In this document: positions 37,356 through 45,459 of the stretch, piece by piece
How positions within the stretch are numbered: position 1 is the stretch's first letter
Layout of the letters: the number at the start of each line of letters is the position of its first letter
Assembly (NCBI GenBank): GCA_904501985.1
Contig: CAJGCT010000003.1
Span: 4,809-68,808, forward strand
Origin: an uncultured Clostridia bacterium
GTDB taxonomy: Bacteria; Bacillota; Clostridia; Oscillospirales; CAG-272
Direction: 5' to 3'
Length of the DNA: 64,000 nucleotides
The notes under the pieces: model-generated
Databases searched by the model: none
Told to the model about the DNA's origin: nothing
The model's input: the letters and a program-made list of their open reading frames with translations, nothing else
Position numbers and translations under genes: made by a program

Positions 37356-37551
37356 TGTCGACCGTGCAGTATCTATTATATAGCATCCCGCGAAAAAAGT
37401 CAATTGGTAATTTCACCGATAATTTGGGACGTTTTTTGGTGAATGTAATGGGGTGACGAAATTTATGCTGAATATGTCATATAACTATGGTCATAATGCA
37501 AAAAAGGCATTCTCACTAAAACGTAAAAATGCCTTTTTATTACAGGGAAAT

Positions 37552-38238
37552 TTATCCTATTATTTTAGAGAGCTTCAAACCGGATTCGGTAATTTCATGA
37601 GGGTCAATAAAGTTTTGACGGTACACCTCTATAATATACTTCCCGGTGTATCCCGATTTTTCAAGTCGTGCTATTACACCGTCCACATCAAGCCTGCCCA
37701 TATATGGCAAGCGGCATTCGCCATCCAGCCAATCGTTAATGTGCACATGAACGATATCGTTTCCCATGGCGTCAAGCATTTTGTGAGGGTCATACCCTGC
37801 ACGGACAGTCTGCTTTAAGTCAAATACAAATTTGATATTACCCTCACCGAATCTGTCGTGTATCTCTTTCATAAAATCAGGGTTTCCTGCTTTGGCGGTA
37901 GACACATTTTCGTGAATGAGCGTTATACCTTGCTCCTTTGCGGCTTCCATAAGCATTGAAAGCACCTCACAGTAGTTGTCCATGCCGAAAAAGGGTGCTT
38001 TCAGGGAATCGCCGTGAAAAACGAAATAGTCCGCACCGAGATAGCTTGCCGCTTCGAAGTATTTTTTGTAAAAATAATCTATGGAGTCCCTGGCACGCTT
38101 TTTGTATGCCGAGAAAAAGTACATATATTCAAATCCTGATGTAAAGGGGTGGATTGACGTTATCTTAACCCCGTTTTCGTCGCACACATCGGCAATTTTT
38201 TTAAGATACGGTGTTTCAAGCTCCGAAAAGCTGTTCAT
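37552..38238 (-). CDS. Sugar phosphate isomerase/epimerase (xylose-isomerase-like TIM barrel); the true N-terminus probably lies upstream (to about 38345)
   Basis: TIM-barrel family features (FVFHGD, IHEN, VHINDW). The frame stays open upstream of ATG 38238 and encodes ...RIGVSSACFYPEETLDSIKKCISLGFRNIEIF, the usual first strand of the family, but no ATG/GTG/TTG is present there. Confidence 0.65.
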   Translation of the reverse strand: MNSFSELETPYLKKIADVCDENGVKITSIHPFTSGFEYMYFFSAYKKRARDSIDYFYKKYFEAASYLGADYFVFHGDSLKAPFFGMDNYCEVLSMLMEAAKEQGITLIHENVSTAKAGNPDFMKEIHDRFGEGNIKFVFDLKQTVRAGYDPHKMLDAMGNDIVHVHINDWLDGECRLPYMGRLDVDGVIARLEKSGYTGKYIIEVYRQNFIDPHEITESGLKLSKIIG

Positions 38239-38483
38239 GAATATCTCAATATTCCGAAAACCGAGGGAGATGCATTTTTTTATGGAGTCAAGCGTTTCCT
38301 CAGGATAGAAACAGGCACTTGATACTCCGATTCGTGAATTTTCCGTAACGATTCTCCTTAATGTTATTGTTTAGTTTTCACAATTGTGTGAGATTAAAGG
38401 CGGCGCTTCCATAATCCGATTGATGATTTTTTCTTTTATTTATGTTACAATAAATATAGAAAAAACTGAAAGGAAACGGAAAA

Positions 38484-38729
38484 GTGAAAAAACGAAGAAA
38501 CAAATCAAAACTTCGCCTTACGCCGACGGCACAGCGGCTTTTAATATGCTTGCTTGCCCCTATCGCGGCGACGGCACTGTATACGGCATTTTGCAGAGCA
38601 TCCCTTGATACATACGATGCTGCCAGACTCTATGGGATGCTTGGCTCCGAGATGGAGCACATACTTATGTCACTGCTGCTTGCGGTGGGTGGTGCGTTGG
38701 CACTTGATATTACGCTGAAGCGCGGTTAA
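38484..38729 (+). CDS. Hypothetical small membrane protein
   Basis: 81-aa ORF with a GTG start after GAAAGGAAACGG, a basic N-terminus and two hydrophobic helices. It is convergent with the helicase gene and overlaps its 3' end by 4 nt. Evidence is weak. Confidence 0.3.
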   Translation: MKKRRNKSKLRLTPTAQRLLICLLAPIAATALYTAFCRASLDTYDAARLYGMLGSEMEHILMSLLLAVGGALALDITLKRG

Positions 38730-40996
38730 TCTGTATATTCCGACAGTATCTGCGGAAGCCGCAACTTTATCTCATCCAAACGGAGCTTGTCTGCGGCGTA
38801 CTGACGCCGGAGCAGCTCTGCCGGAATGAAATCGTCGTATTTTTCAAATACGGGCATTTCGTTCGCGTTTACAAGCTTCGATTTGTCGATTCCCTCGCGG
38901 TCGATAATGTCGCAAAGTCCCTTTATAAGACCGTAGTCACTACCGGATTCCATTTTGAACATCATGAAATAGCAGCCCTCAAACTCAAGGTTTGTTATCT
39001 TGAAGCGTGCCGCATTCTGCATGATGAATTTGCGAAGCGTTCTGAAAGAGCGTGTGCCGAGCCATGGGAACAGACACCATGTATATCCCCCAAGGGGAAC
39101 AAGAGAATGAGAGAGCATTCCCGTGTTTCGGGCGAGGTTTCGCACGATTTCAAGGCGGTGTACGGCGTTTGGCTTAAGATACGGGTAGACGGTGTCCTCG
39201 AAGAGTATGCGGCGCATACGCTCAAGTATCTTTGTGTGTATCTCGCCAAAGTCCCCCGGCCAGGAGACCTCCATTTTGCCCTTTACCGCTTTTACATAAA
39301 TGAGCTTTCTCGGAATATCAAGCTCCTCAACCTCCCACACCCGGCCTGCAAGGGCAAATCTGTCACCCACAGGCGGCGGAGTTGTGATAGTTCCTATCTC
39401 ATCTGACTCGCACCTCACAGTATAATCCTCGCTGTCCTTGAAGACGGCATAGAATTTAAAGCTGTTTATAAGACGCTCGCCTTTAAGACCTACTATAAGC
39501 CCCTTTTCCTCGGTAAGCTCCAGAAAATCGTTTTGAAGCATACTCATAAGCAGTGTGCGGTAGTCGTCTTTGCTTATATTCTTGAAGGCAGGAAGCGAGA
39601 GAATGCGCTCTGCAAGTTTTTTGGGTGTAAGCTCACCGGAAGAAGCAAGAACCGACAGCGTCTGCTGAAACGCAAGGCTGAACGGCAGTTTTTTTGTGTA
39701 TGGAGGTTCGATGAATTTTTCTTCAATATATAGCTGAACTATGGCTATTGCCCGAAGAAAGCTCCACGGGATGAGCTGTGGTAGAGGCGCATTTGGCAGT
39801 GGATTCTCCTCACGGAATACCATCATCATTTCCGGCGGTGTGTCACGTCTGCCTGAGCGACCGAGACGTTGGAGAAAGCTTGAAACGGAGTTTGGAGCAT
39901 CATTTTGTATGATACGCTCAAGCTTACCGATATCAATGCCAAGCTCCATTGTTACCGTAGCGCAGGTAACGCATTTTTCCTCGCTGTTTTTCATCTTTGA
40001 TTCGGCTTCCTCTCGTATGGAAGCGGAAAGATTGCCGTGGTGTATGAGGAAATTGTCCCGTTCATGGCGGTTGTCGGCGATTTGACGCATGGTTGCCGTA
40101 ACATATTCCGTCTCCTCACGGGAGTTTGAGAAAATTATTGCTTTTTTGTTTTTTGCACAGTCGTAAATATACTCATATCCGGGGTCTATTTCAACTTTGC
40201 CGCGCGATGGCATTTCAGATACAGATGTGTCCGAATCCACCGACGGTGTATCGCGGCTTTGGTCGAGATTATCGCCCTGGATGAAGAAATGCTCCATGCC
40301 CAGCCGCCATTTTGTCTTGCCCTCAATTATTTCAGGTACGACAGTTTCCACATCCGTGCCGCCCCCAAGCCATTCTGCGGCAAGGGATGCATCACCCACG
40401 GTGGCGGAAAGTCCTATGCGGCGCGGCGTGTGTCCGATAAGTCTCGCCATACGCACTAACTGACATATTATCTGATTTCCACGGTCCGTGCCTGTCAGGG
40501 TGTGTATCTCGTCAATTACCACATACCGCAGATCGCCAAAAAGCCGCACTATATCATTTGAGCGGTTCATGAGCATACTTTCAAGGGATTCGGGTGTTAT
40601 CTGCAGGATTCCCTGCGGATTTTTTAGAAGCTTTGCCTTGTGTGACTGTGCCACATCGCCGTGCCAATGGAATACGGGGATTCCGGTCATATCGAGAAGC
40701 TCATCAAGGCGTGAAAATTGGTCGTTTATAAGGCTTTTGAGAGGTGCGATGTAAAGTGCACCGATACTGCTTGGCGGAGCTTCGTACATATCTGAAATTA
40801 TAGGGAAGAATGCCGCTTCTGTTTTACCTGAGGCGGTGGAGGACGTGATGAGCAGGTTTTTGTCCGTTTCAAACAGCACCCTGGCCGCCGCAAGCTGAAC
40901 TGCTCTCAGCTCCTGCCATCCGTTTCGGTATATGAAATCCTGAATGAACGGCGAAAATCGGTAGAAAATTTCGTTGTCTGTCATATCGGTCTCCAT
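38726..40996 (-). CDS. sngC: Lhr-like DEAD/DEAH-box SF2 helicase (Shango SngC-like; BrxHI-like)
   Basis: Motif I SSTASGKTEAAF, Ia YIAPLKSL, II VIDEIHTL, III GLSATV, VI QRLGRSGRR, plus a C-terminal extension of about 350 aa. It is the third gene of a tightly packed operon. Confidence 0.7.
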   Translation of the reverse strand: METDMTDNEIFYRFSPFIQDFIYRNGWQELRAVQLAAARVLFETDKNLLITSSTASGKTEAAFFPIISDMYEAPPSSIGALYIAPLKSLINDQFSRLDELLDMTGIPVFHWHGDVAQSHKAKLLKNPQGILQITPESLESMLMNRSNDIVRLFGDLRYVVIDEIHTLTGTDRGNQIICQLVRMARLIGHTPRRIGLSATVGDASLAAEWLGGGTDVETVVPEIIEGKTKWRLGMEHFFIQGDNLDQSRDTPSVDSDTSVSEMPSRGKVEIDPGYEYIYDCAKNKKAIIFSNSREETEYVTATMRQIADNRHERDNFLIHHGNLSASIREEAESKMKNSEEKCVTCATVTMELGIDIGKLERIIQNDAPNSVSSFLQRLGRSGRRDTPPEMMMVFREENPLPNAPLPQLIPWSFLRAIAIVQLYIEEKFIEPPYTKKLPFSLAFQQTLSVLASSGELTPKKLAERILSLPAFKNISKDDYRTLLMSMLQNDFLELTEEKGLIVGLKGERLINSFKFYAVFKDSEDYTVRCESDEIGTITTPPPVGDRFALAGRVWEVEELDIPRKLIYVKAVKGKMEVSWPGDFGEIHTKILERMRRILFEDTVYPYLKPNAVHRLEIVRNLARNTGMLSHSLVPLGGYTWCLFPWLGTRSFRTLRKFIMQNAARFKITNLEFEGCYFMMFKMESGSDYGLIKGLCDIIDREGIDKSKLVNANEMPVFEKYDDFIPAELLRRQYAADKLRLDEIKLRLPQILSEYTD

Positions 40997-40999
40997 GCC

Positions 41000-42367
41000 T
41001 TACAGTTCAATATCCGCCGCAGAGAAGTCCGTTATTATCTGCGGTCTGTCCTGTGTGTCGATAAGGTCGTTCTCGTCATCCTCGCCGTGGGACAGCGCAA
41101 TTGTGCCGCTTCCCACTACATCTAAAAAGGTTGTGTCGGGATTCTGAAGAAGAATGTTCAAAACCGTGATATAGTCTCTGATTATTTCGCGCGGGGTTAT
41201 CATAGTGTCAGCGCCTGCACGTTCAAGACATATCTTCAAAAATGTCAGCATATCCTCGTTTGTAACACGCGGCTCCCATGAATAGTTCTGGGCATGAAGT
41301 CCTGTTATACGCGCGACGAGAGCGTAAAGCTCATCATCCGAAAGCCTGCGCAGACGGATGACAGGACCGATAAGGTTTTTGAAGCCGTCCTTCTGAAACT
41401 GTCCGTCGGAGAGCCTGCTTCGAAGAGCCTCGTAGGAAAAGAGACCGCGTCTGGTGTCTTCAAGAAACTGCGGTGTGCCGCCGAAGATGAGAGCCAAGCC
41501 CTCGGCTTTGCCTTGAAGGGTATCATTAAACATGGACAACAGCTTTTCATAGTTATTCTCGCGTGAAATGCGGTTGGCTATCTTATAAAGATTTACGCAC
41601 TCATCAATGAAAACCACAAAGCCGCGGTAGCCTATCTTTCTGAAAAATACCGCAAGCAGTTTTATATACTCGTACCAATTATCGTCGTCGATTATTCCGC
41701 CAACGGAAATCCCCATGGCATTTCTTGCCTCGGTTTTGGTGGAATATTCGCCTCTGAGCCAACGGATGCAGGCGGATTTTTTATCCTCGTCTCCATCCAT
41801 ATATGCCTTATAATATGTGGTAAGAACCGTGGCAAAATCAAAGCCGCCGATCTGAGCTTCAAGCTCGCGGGTCTGTGAGTATATACGCGAGGTAAGCTCA
41901 CGCATAAAGGTGTCCGAGCCGATGGCGTGACCCTCGGCGGCGACTGAGGACTGAAGATCGGAGAGCCATTTGCCGATTATCTGCATGAGCGCACCGCCGT
42001 CAGGCGAGGATTTTGATGCCAGATTCCGTATAAGCTCGCGGTAGGTGGCAACTCCCGTTCCCTTAGCACCGCAGATTCGCCTCTCGGGAGAGAGGTCGGC
42101 ATCGGCGGTTATAAATCCGCGCTCCAGCGAAAATCCGCGAACAAGCTGAATAAGGAAGCTCTTTCCGCTTCCGTATTTTCCTATAACAAAGCGCATGGAT
42201 GCGCCGCCGTCGTTGACAGCTTCAAGGTCAGAAAGAAGTGCCTCTATCTCCTCGTTTCGTCCGATTGCAATGTACGGAGCACCCATACGCGGGACAACTC
42301 CTGCGGCGACTGAGGACAGAAGACCTGTGAGTATTCTTTTGGGTATCTTTCTTGCTATTTCAGCCAT
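41000..42367 (-). CDS. sngB: P-loop ATPase, DUF2791/BrxD-like (Shango SngB-like)
   Basis: Walker A IGKYGSGKSFL and Walker B GFVVFIDECV. Size is 455 aa. It overlaps the upstream gene by 13 nt and ends 3 nt before the helicase start. Confidence 0.65.
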   Translation of the reverse strand: MAEIARKIPKRILTGLLSSVAAGVVPRMGAPYIAIGRNEEIEALLSDLEAVNDGGASMRFVIGKYGSGKSFLIQLVRGFSLERGFITADADLSPERRICGAKGTGVATYRELIRNLASKSSPDGGALMQIIGKWLSDLQSSVAAEGHAIGSDTFMRELTSRIYSQTRELEAQIGGFDFATVLTTYYKAYMDGDEDKKSACIRWLRGEYSTKTEARNAMGISVGGIIDDDNWYEYIKLLAVFFRKIGYRGFVVFIDECVNLYKIANRISRENNYEKLLSMFNDTLQGKAEGLALIFGGTPQFLEDTRRGLFSYEALRSRLSDGQFQKDGFKNLIGPVIRLRRLSDDELYALVARITGLHAQNYSWEPRVTNEDMLTFLKICLERAGADTMITPREIIRDYITVLNILLQNPDTTFLDVVGSGTIALSHGEDDENDLIDTQDRPQIITDFSAADIEL

Positions 42368-44103
42368 TTTCTTATATCTCCTTCATAATCGGAAATAAGC
42401 CTGTACCCGTCGCCGTCAGATTCAATAACGCTGTCGCCTATAATATCAAAGGCGAGCTCGTTTATCTTGTCGGCGAGGGCATCCGGAAGTATGCCAAGCT
42501 GTGCAGACACATCGCTAAGAGCGTTGCTCTTGCCGTCACACAGTAAAGAGAGCACTTTTTTTGACGGCTCGTCAACAGCACCCATAAACGTCGCAAACTC
42601 ATCCTCGCCGTCCGCAGATGTGGGAGAGGTGTCGGGTGAATAAGAGAAATCATCATCAGCCGCACTTGGTATGGGCACGTTTTCGGTGATTTTTTCATCC
42701 TCGTCCGCTTCCTCAAAGGCTGCGGTGAGTATATCGGTGGTGTTCCACGATTTTTTCTCTATTTCAAGGGCGTTTTCGAGGGATAGCGATGTGGTGACAG
42801 GCTCGTAGAGCTTGTCATAGGCATTTTTAATGGAATCAGCCTCGGCGTTGTCGGAATTACGCTTCTTTTTCGGTACGGGCAGGTATTTGTCGAAGTATTC
42901 GTCAATGCAAGCCTTAAGCTTGTCTGTGAGCGATTCAACTTTCAGCCTGGATTTGATTCCAAGTGCCATTCGTATGCGATTTTCGCTGTATTTGATGATA
43001 TCGGTCACAGCAAATCTGAACTTCGGCGAGCGGGTATATGATATATATTCCACAGCGATTGAACGCTTCATATTGTATACGCACAGTGCGCCGTCGTATG
43101 CGGTGCGCTCCATACGGAATTCTTTTGCAAGAGTGTTGTCCTTTTCTGACAGTATTTCGCGGTACGCTTTCTCAAATGCGGCTTTTATATGCTTTGCAAA
43201 GAGAGCCACATTTTCAGCTGTAACATATCGGCTTTTGCGCCAATCGTATGTTGAAGAATATGAAAGAAGTCCTGCGGCAGTGCTTCCGTTTTCTTCGTCA
43301 ATGTAAAATTCCTTGAAATTCGCTGCCGCCACAACATCACCAAGGATAGGCTCAAGCTCTTTTGTGGGACAGGGAAGAGCATGGACAAGGCAGTAATCGC
43401 ACAGCCAATCGCACATATAGCTGTCAAGCCTGCGGTGCTCGGTGCGGTAATTAAGCCATATGGCGCAGAGCAGTGAAAGCCCGTCGGTGGGCGTTATAAG
43501 ATCGGGGGCGTTTATTATTTCATAAATATAGAGAAGTATATAGCAAAAATCGGTTTTCAGATATACGCCGCGGCGGACATTGTCACGCCACCAGAGATAC
43601 CATTTTAACTGCGCGTATTTAAGCTGTGAATACTGCGGAACATATGAAAAGAAAGAAACATGATCGCATGGGGTGGATGTGCGCGACCAAAGACGCTTTA
43701 CATCTGTACTGAAATTTTCGTAAAAGTTGAATCGCGAATTCCATGCCGACACTTCTACGCGTCGTATAAGTCCGCCTTTCGGCTCGTATATGAGATATGG
43801 GTCAAGAGGCTTCGAGCGGTATTCCTGCGCTCTTGTTTTCATGGAAAGCTCATTCAGCTTTCGTGCGGTATCGGCAGATGAGTGCTCACGGTGATATTCC
43901 GAGTCGTTTTTTGGAGGTATAGCCGAGCTTTTATCGGGGGTGATATCATCGGAGCCTACGGACAATTCCACTGTGTCGGTGTTTGAACGGCGAGCGGTTG
44001 GCACAACGGGACGTTTTTTCGGCAAAAGGGACTCAAGGTCCCAAAAATTGTCAATGTCACTTAGGTTTTTAGGCTTATCGCTCATACTCTCACCCCCGAT
44101 CAT
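42355..44103 (-). CDS. sngA: TerB_N / TerB_C domain protein (Shango SngA-like)
   Basis: TerB_N-like block FFSYVPQYSQLKYAQLKWYLWWRDNVRRGVYLKTDFCYILLYIYEIIN, an acidic linker, and a TerB_C-like tail LPDALADKINELAFDIIGDSVIESDGDGYRLISDYEGDIRKWLK. An alternative start at ATG 44085 has the better RBS (GGGGGTGA). Confidence 0.65.
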   Translation of the reverse strand: MIGGESMSDKPKNLSDIDNFWDLESLLPKKRPVVPTARRSNTDTVELSVGSDDITPDKSSAIPPKNDSEYHREHSSADTARKLNELSMKTRAQEYRSKPLDPYLIYEPKGGLIRRVEVSAWNSRFNFYENFSTDVKRLWSRTSTPCDHVSFFSYVPQYSQLKYAQLKWYLWWRDNVRRGVYLKTDFCYILLYIYEIINAPDLITPTDGLSLLCAIWLNYRTEHRRLDSYMCDWLCDYCLVHALPCPTKELEPILGDVVAAANFKEFYIDEENGSTAAGLLSYSSTYDWRKSRYVTAENVALFAKHIKAAFEKAYREILSEKDNTLAKEFRMERTAYDGALCVYNMKRSIAVEYISYTRSPKFRFAVTDIIKYSENRIRMALGIKSRLKVESLTDKLKACIDEYFDKYLPVPKKKRNSDNAEADSIKNAYDKLYEPVTTSLSLENALEIEKKSWNTTDILTAAFEEADEDEKITENVPIPSAADDDFSYSPDTSPTSADGEDEFATFMGAVDEPSKKVLSLLCDGKSNALSDVSAQLGILPDALADKINELAFDIIGDSVIESDGDGYRLISDYEGDIRKWLK

Positions 44104-44123
44104 AGCATTTTGGTTATTATATT

Positions 44124-44152
44124 ATTTTAACATATAATTGCCACAATGTCAA
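44124..44152 (-). promoter_or_regulatory. Putative sigma-A promoter of the TerB-ATPase-helicase operon
   Basis: The minus strand reads TTGACA (44152-44147), a 17-nt spacer, then TAAAAT (44129-44124). Confidence 0.55.
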
Positions 44153-44236
44153 TTATATTATCGCGAACTTGCGGAGATTTTGCGGTGATTTGTTCATTTC
44201 GTGGAATGGAGCGTTATTCTGTATGCGTACAACGAC

Positions 44237-44271
44237 AAAAAATCCGCATTCTTGCGAATGCGGATTTTTTT
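44237..44271. terminator. Bidirectional hairpin terminator separating the R-M cassette from the TerB operon
   Basis: ATCCGCATTC-TTGC-GAATGCGGAT 10-bp perfect stem flanked by an A-run and a T-run. Confidence 0.8.
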
Positions 44272-44275
44272 GTGT

Positions 44276-44327
44276 AAGGGCTATAAAAAAGATGTTTTTG
44301 CTAAAGTGCTTACGGGATTTGAACTTC
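44276..44327 (+). repeat. Left inverted-repeat block (IR-A 44276-44293, IR-B 44309-44327) bracketing the R-M cassette
   Basis: AAGGGCTATAAAAAAGAT and CTTACGGGATTTGAACTTC are the exact reverse complements of 47912-47929 and 47807-47825. Confidence 0.85.
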
Positions 44328-44343
44328 ACTATATTTACTTGAG

Positions 44344-45459
44344 TTAAGCAATTTCTTTTTGAAGTAGATTCTGATAATGCCTTTCAATAGCGATTATCAT
44401 TTCAATTCTTTTTTCGAGCTTTTCATAGTTTGTTACAATGTCATCCTGTTCCTTTTTCGACGGAATATCGATTTTGGTATGCTCAAAAAATCCTGTCATA
44501 TTCCAAGTACCATTGTCTGAACTGGATGAATATAGAAGAAATTCTGCTTTATATTGAATAGACAACCACTTTAAATTGATTTCATATGGTGAGTCATTTT
44601 TTACATATAAAATATATGCATCATCATTCAGTGTGTACCGACCTTTAGGTAAATATCTGACCGTTCCTGCCTTACCTTTTCTTGTAACCAACAACCCTTC
44701 TTTATCGTTAAATCGTGGTGCTTTAGTTGCGTCATCCAGCATTACAACGGAATTCTCTTTTGCGGTCGCTCCTGTAAGCAACAAATATCGTTCTCCGTCT
44801 GATTTTAAACGTTGATAGTTTTTTTCTTCCGTTAGATTGGATGTTCCGCTTATGTAGTCAATGCACTTTGTGATTTCAACATCTCGTCCTTGATATTCTT
44901 GATATTCCGCTATCAACTCTTTAGACAAAACTGAAAGATATTTTTCCTTAATAGATGTCAAAGCATCAAGTTTAATTTTGATATTCTGTATGGTTGACAT
45001 AATGTTGCATTGTACATCATACCTGGGTAAATCGAATTCCTCAGAATAAACTTGCTCCAGTGATAAAGTCTTAGAACCATCACTTACACTAAGATTTTTG
45101 TAGAAATTCTGAAAGAACAAAGCAAAGTATGGTAGACAAATTTTTTGGGTAGCATCTTTCTTTACTGTAATAAATCCAGCATGATGATTAAGCGCAAACC
45201 TTTCGCCAGTTTTGTAAGTCATACATCCTGCACTACCATCCAAGCTGATAATAATGCCTTCTCCAGAAAAAACGGTTATTGTTTCACCTTTTTTCGTTTT
45301 TGCTGATACAGATATTCTTCTTTCAGTTGAAGTATGGTCTTTATTTCCACCATAAAGAGGAACCAACTCATCTTTGTTTTGCAATGATCCATATATTGCT
45401 TCATCTGTAAGAGCATAATTGCCTTTTTGAATTTCATTAAACACATCAAGAAAGTTCAT
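44344..45459 (-). CDS. Restriction-modification specificity (S) subunit with two target-recognition domains (BcgI-B-like)
   Basis: 371 aa with two TRD-like halves (..VPLYGGN.. / ..LLLTGAT..), each followed by a coiled-coil conserved region (LDALTSIKEKYLSVLSKELI; EKLEKRIEMIIAIERHYQNLLQKEI). It overlaps the upstream methylase gene by 14 nt. Confidence 0.75.
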   Translation of the reverse strand: MNFLDVFNEIQKGNYALTDEAIYGSLQNKDELVPLYGGNKDHTSTERRISVSAKTKKGETITVFSGEGIIISLDGSAGCMTYKTGERFALNHHAGFITVKKDATQKICLPYFALFFQNFYKNLSVSDGSKTLSLEQVYSEEFDLPRYDVQCNIMSTIQNIKIKLDALTSIKEKYLSVLSKELIAEYQEYQGRDVEITKCIDYISGTSNLTEEKNYQRLKSDGERYLLLTGATAKENSVVMLDDATKAPRFNDKEGLLVTRKGKAGTVRYLPKGRYTLNDDAYILYVKNDSPYEINLKWLSIQYKAEFLLYSSSSDNGTWNMTGFFEHTKIDIPSKKEQDDIVTNYEKLEKRIEMIIAIERHYQNLLQKEIA

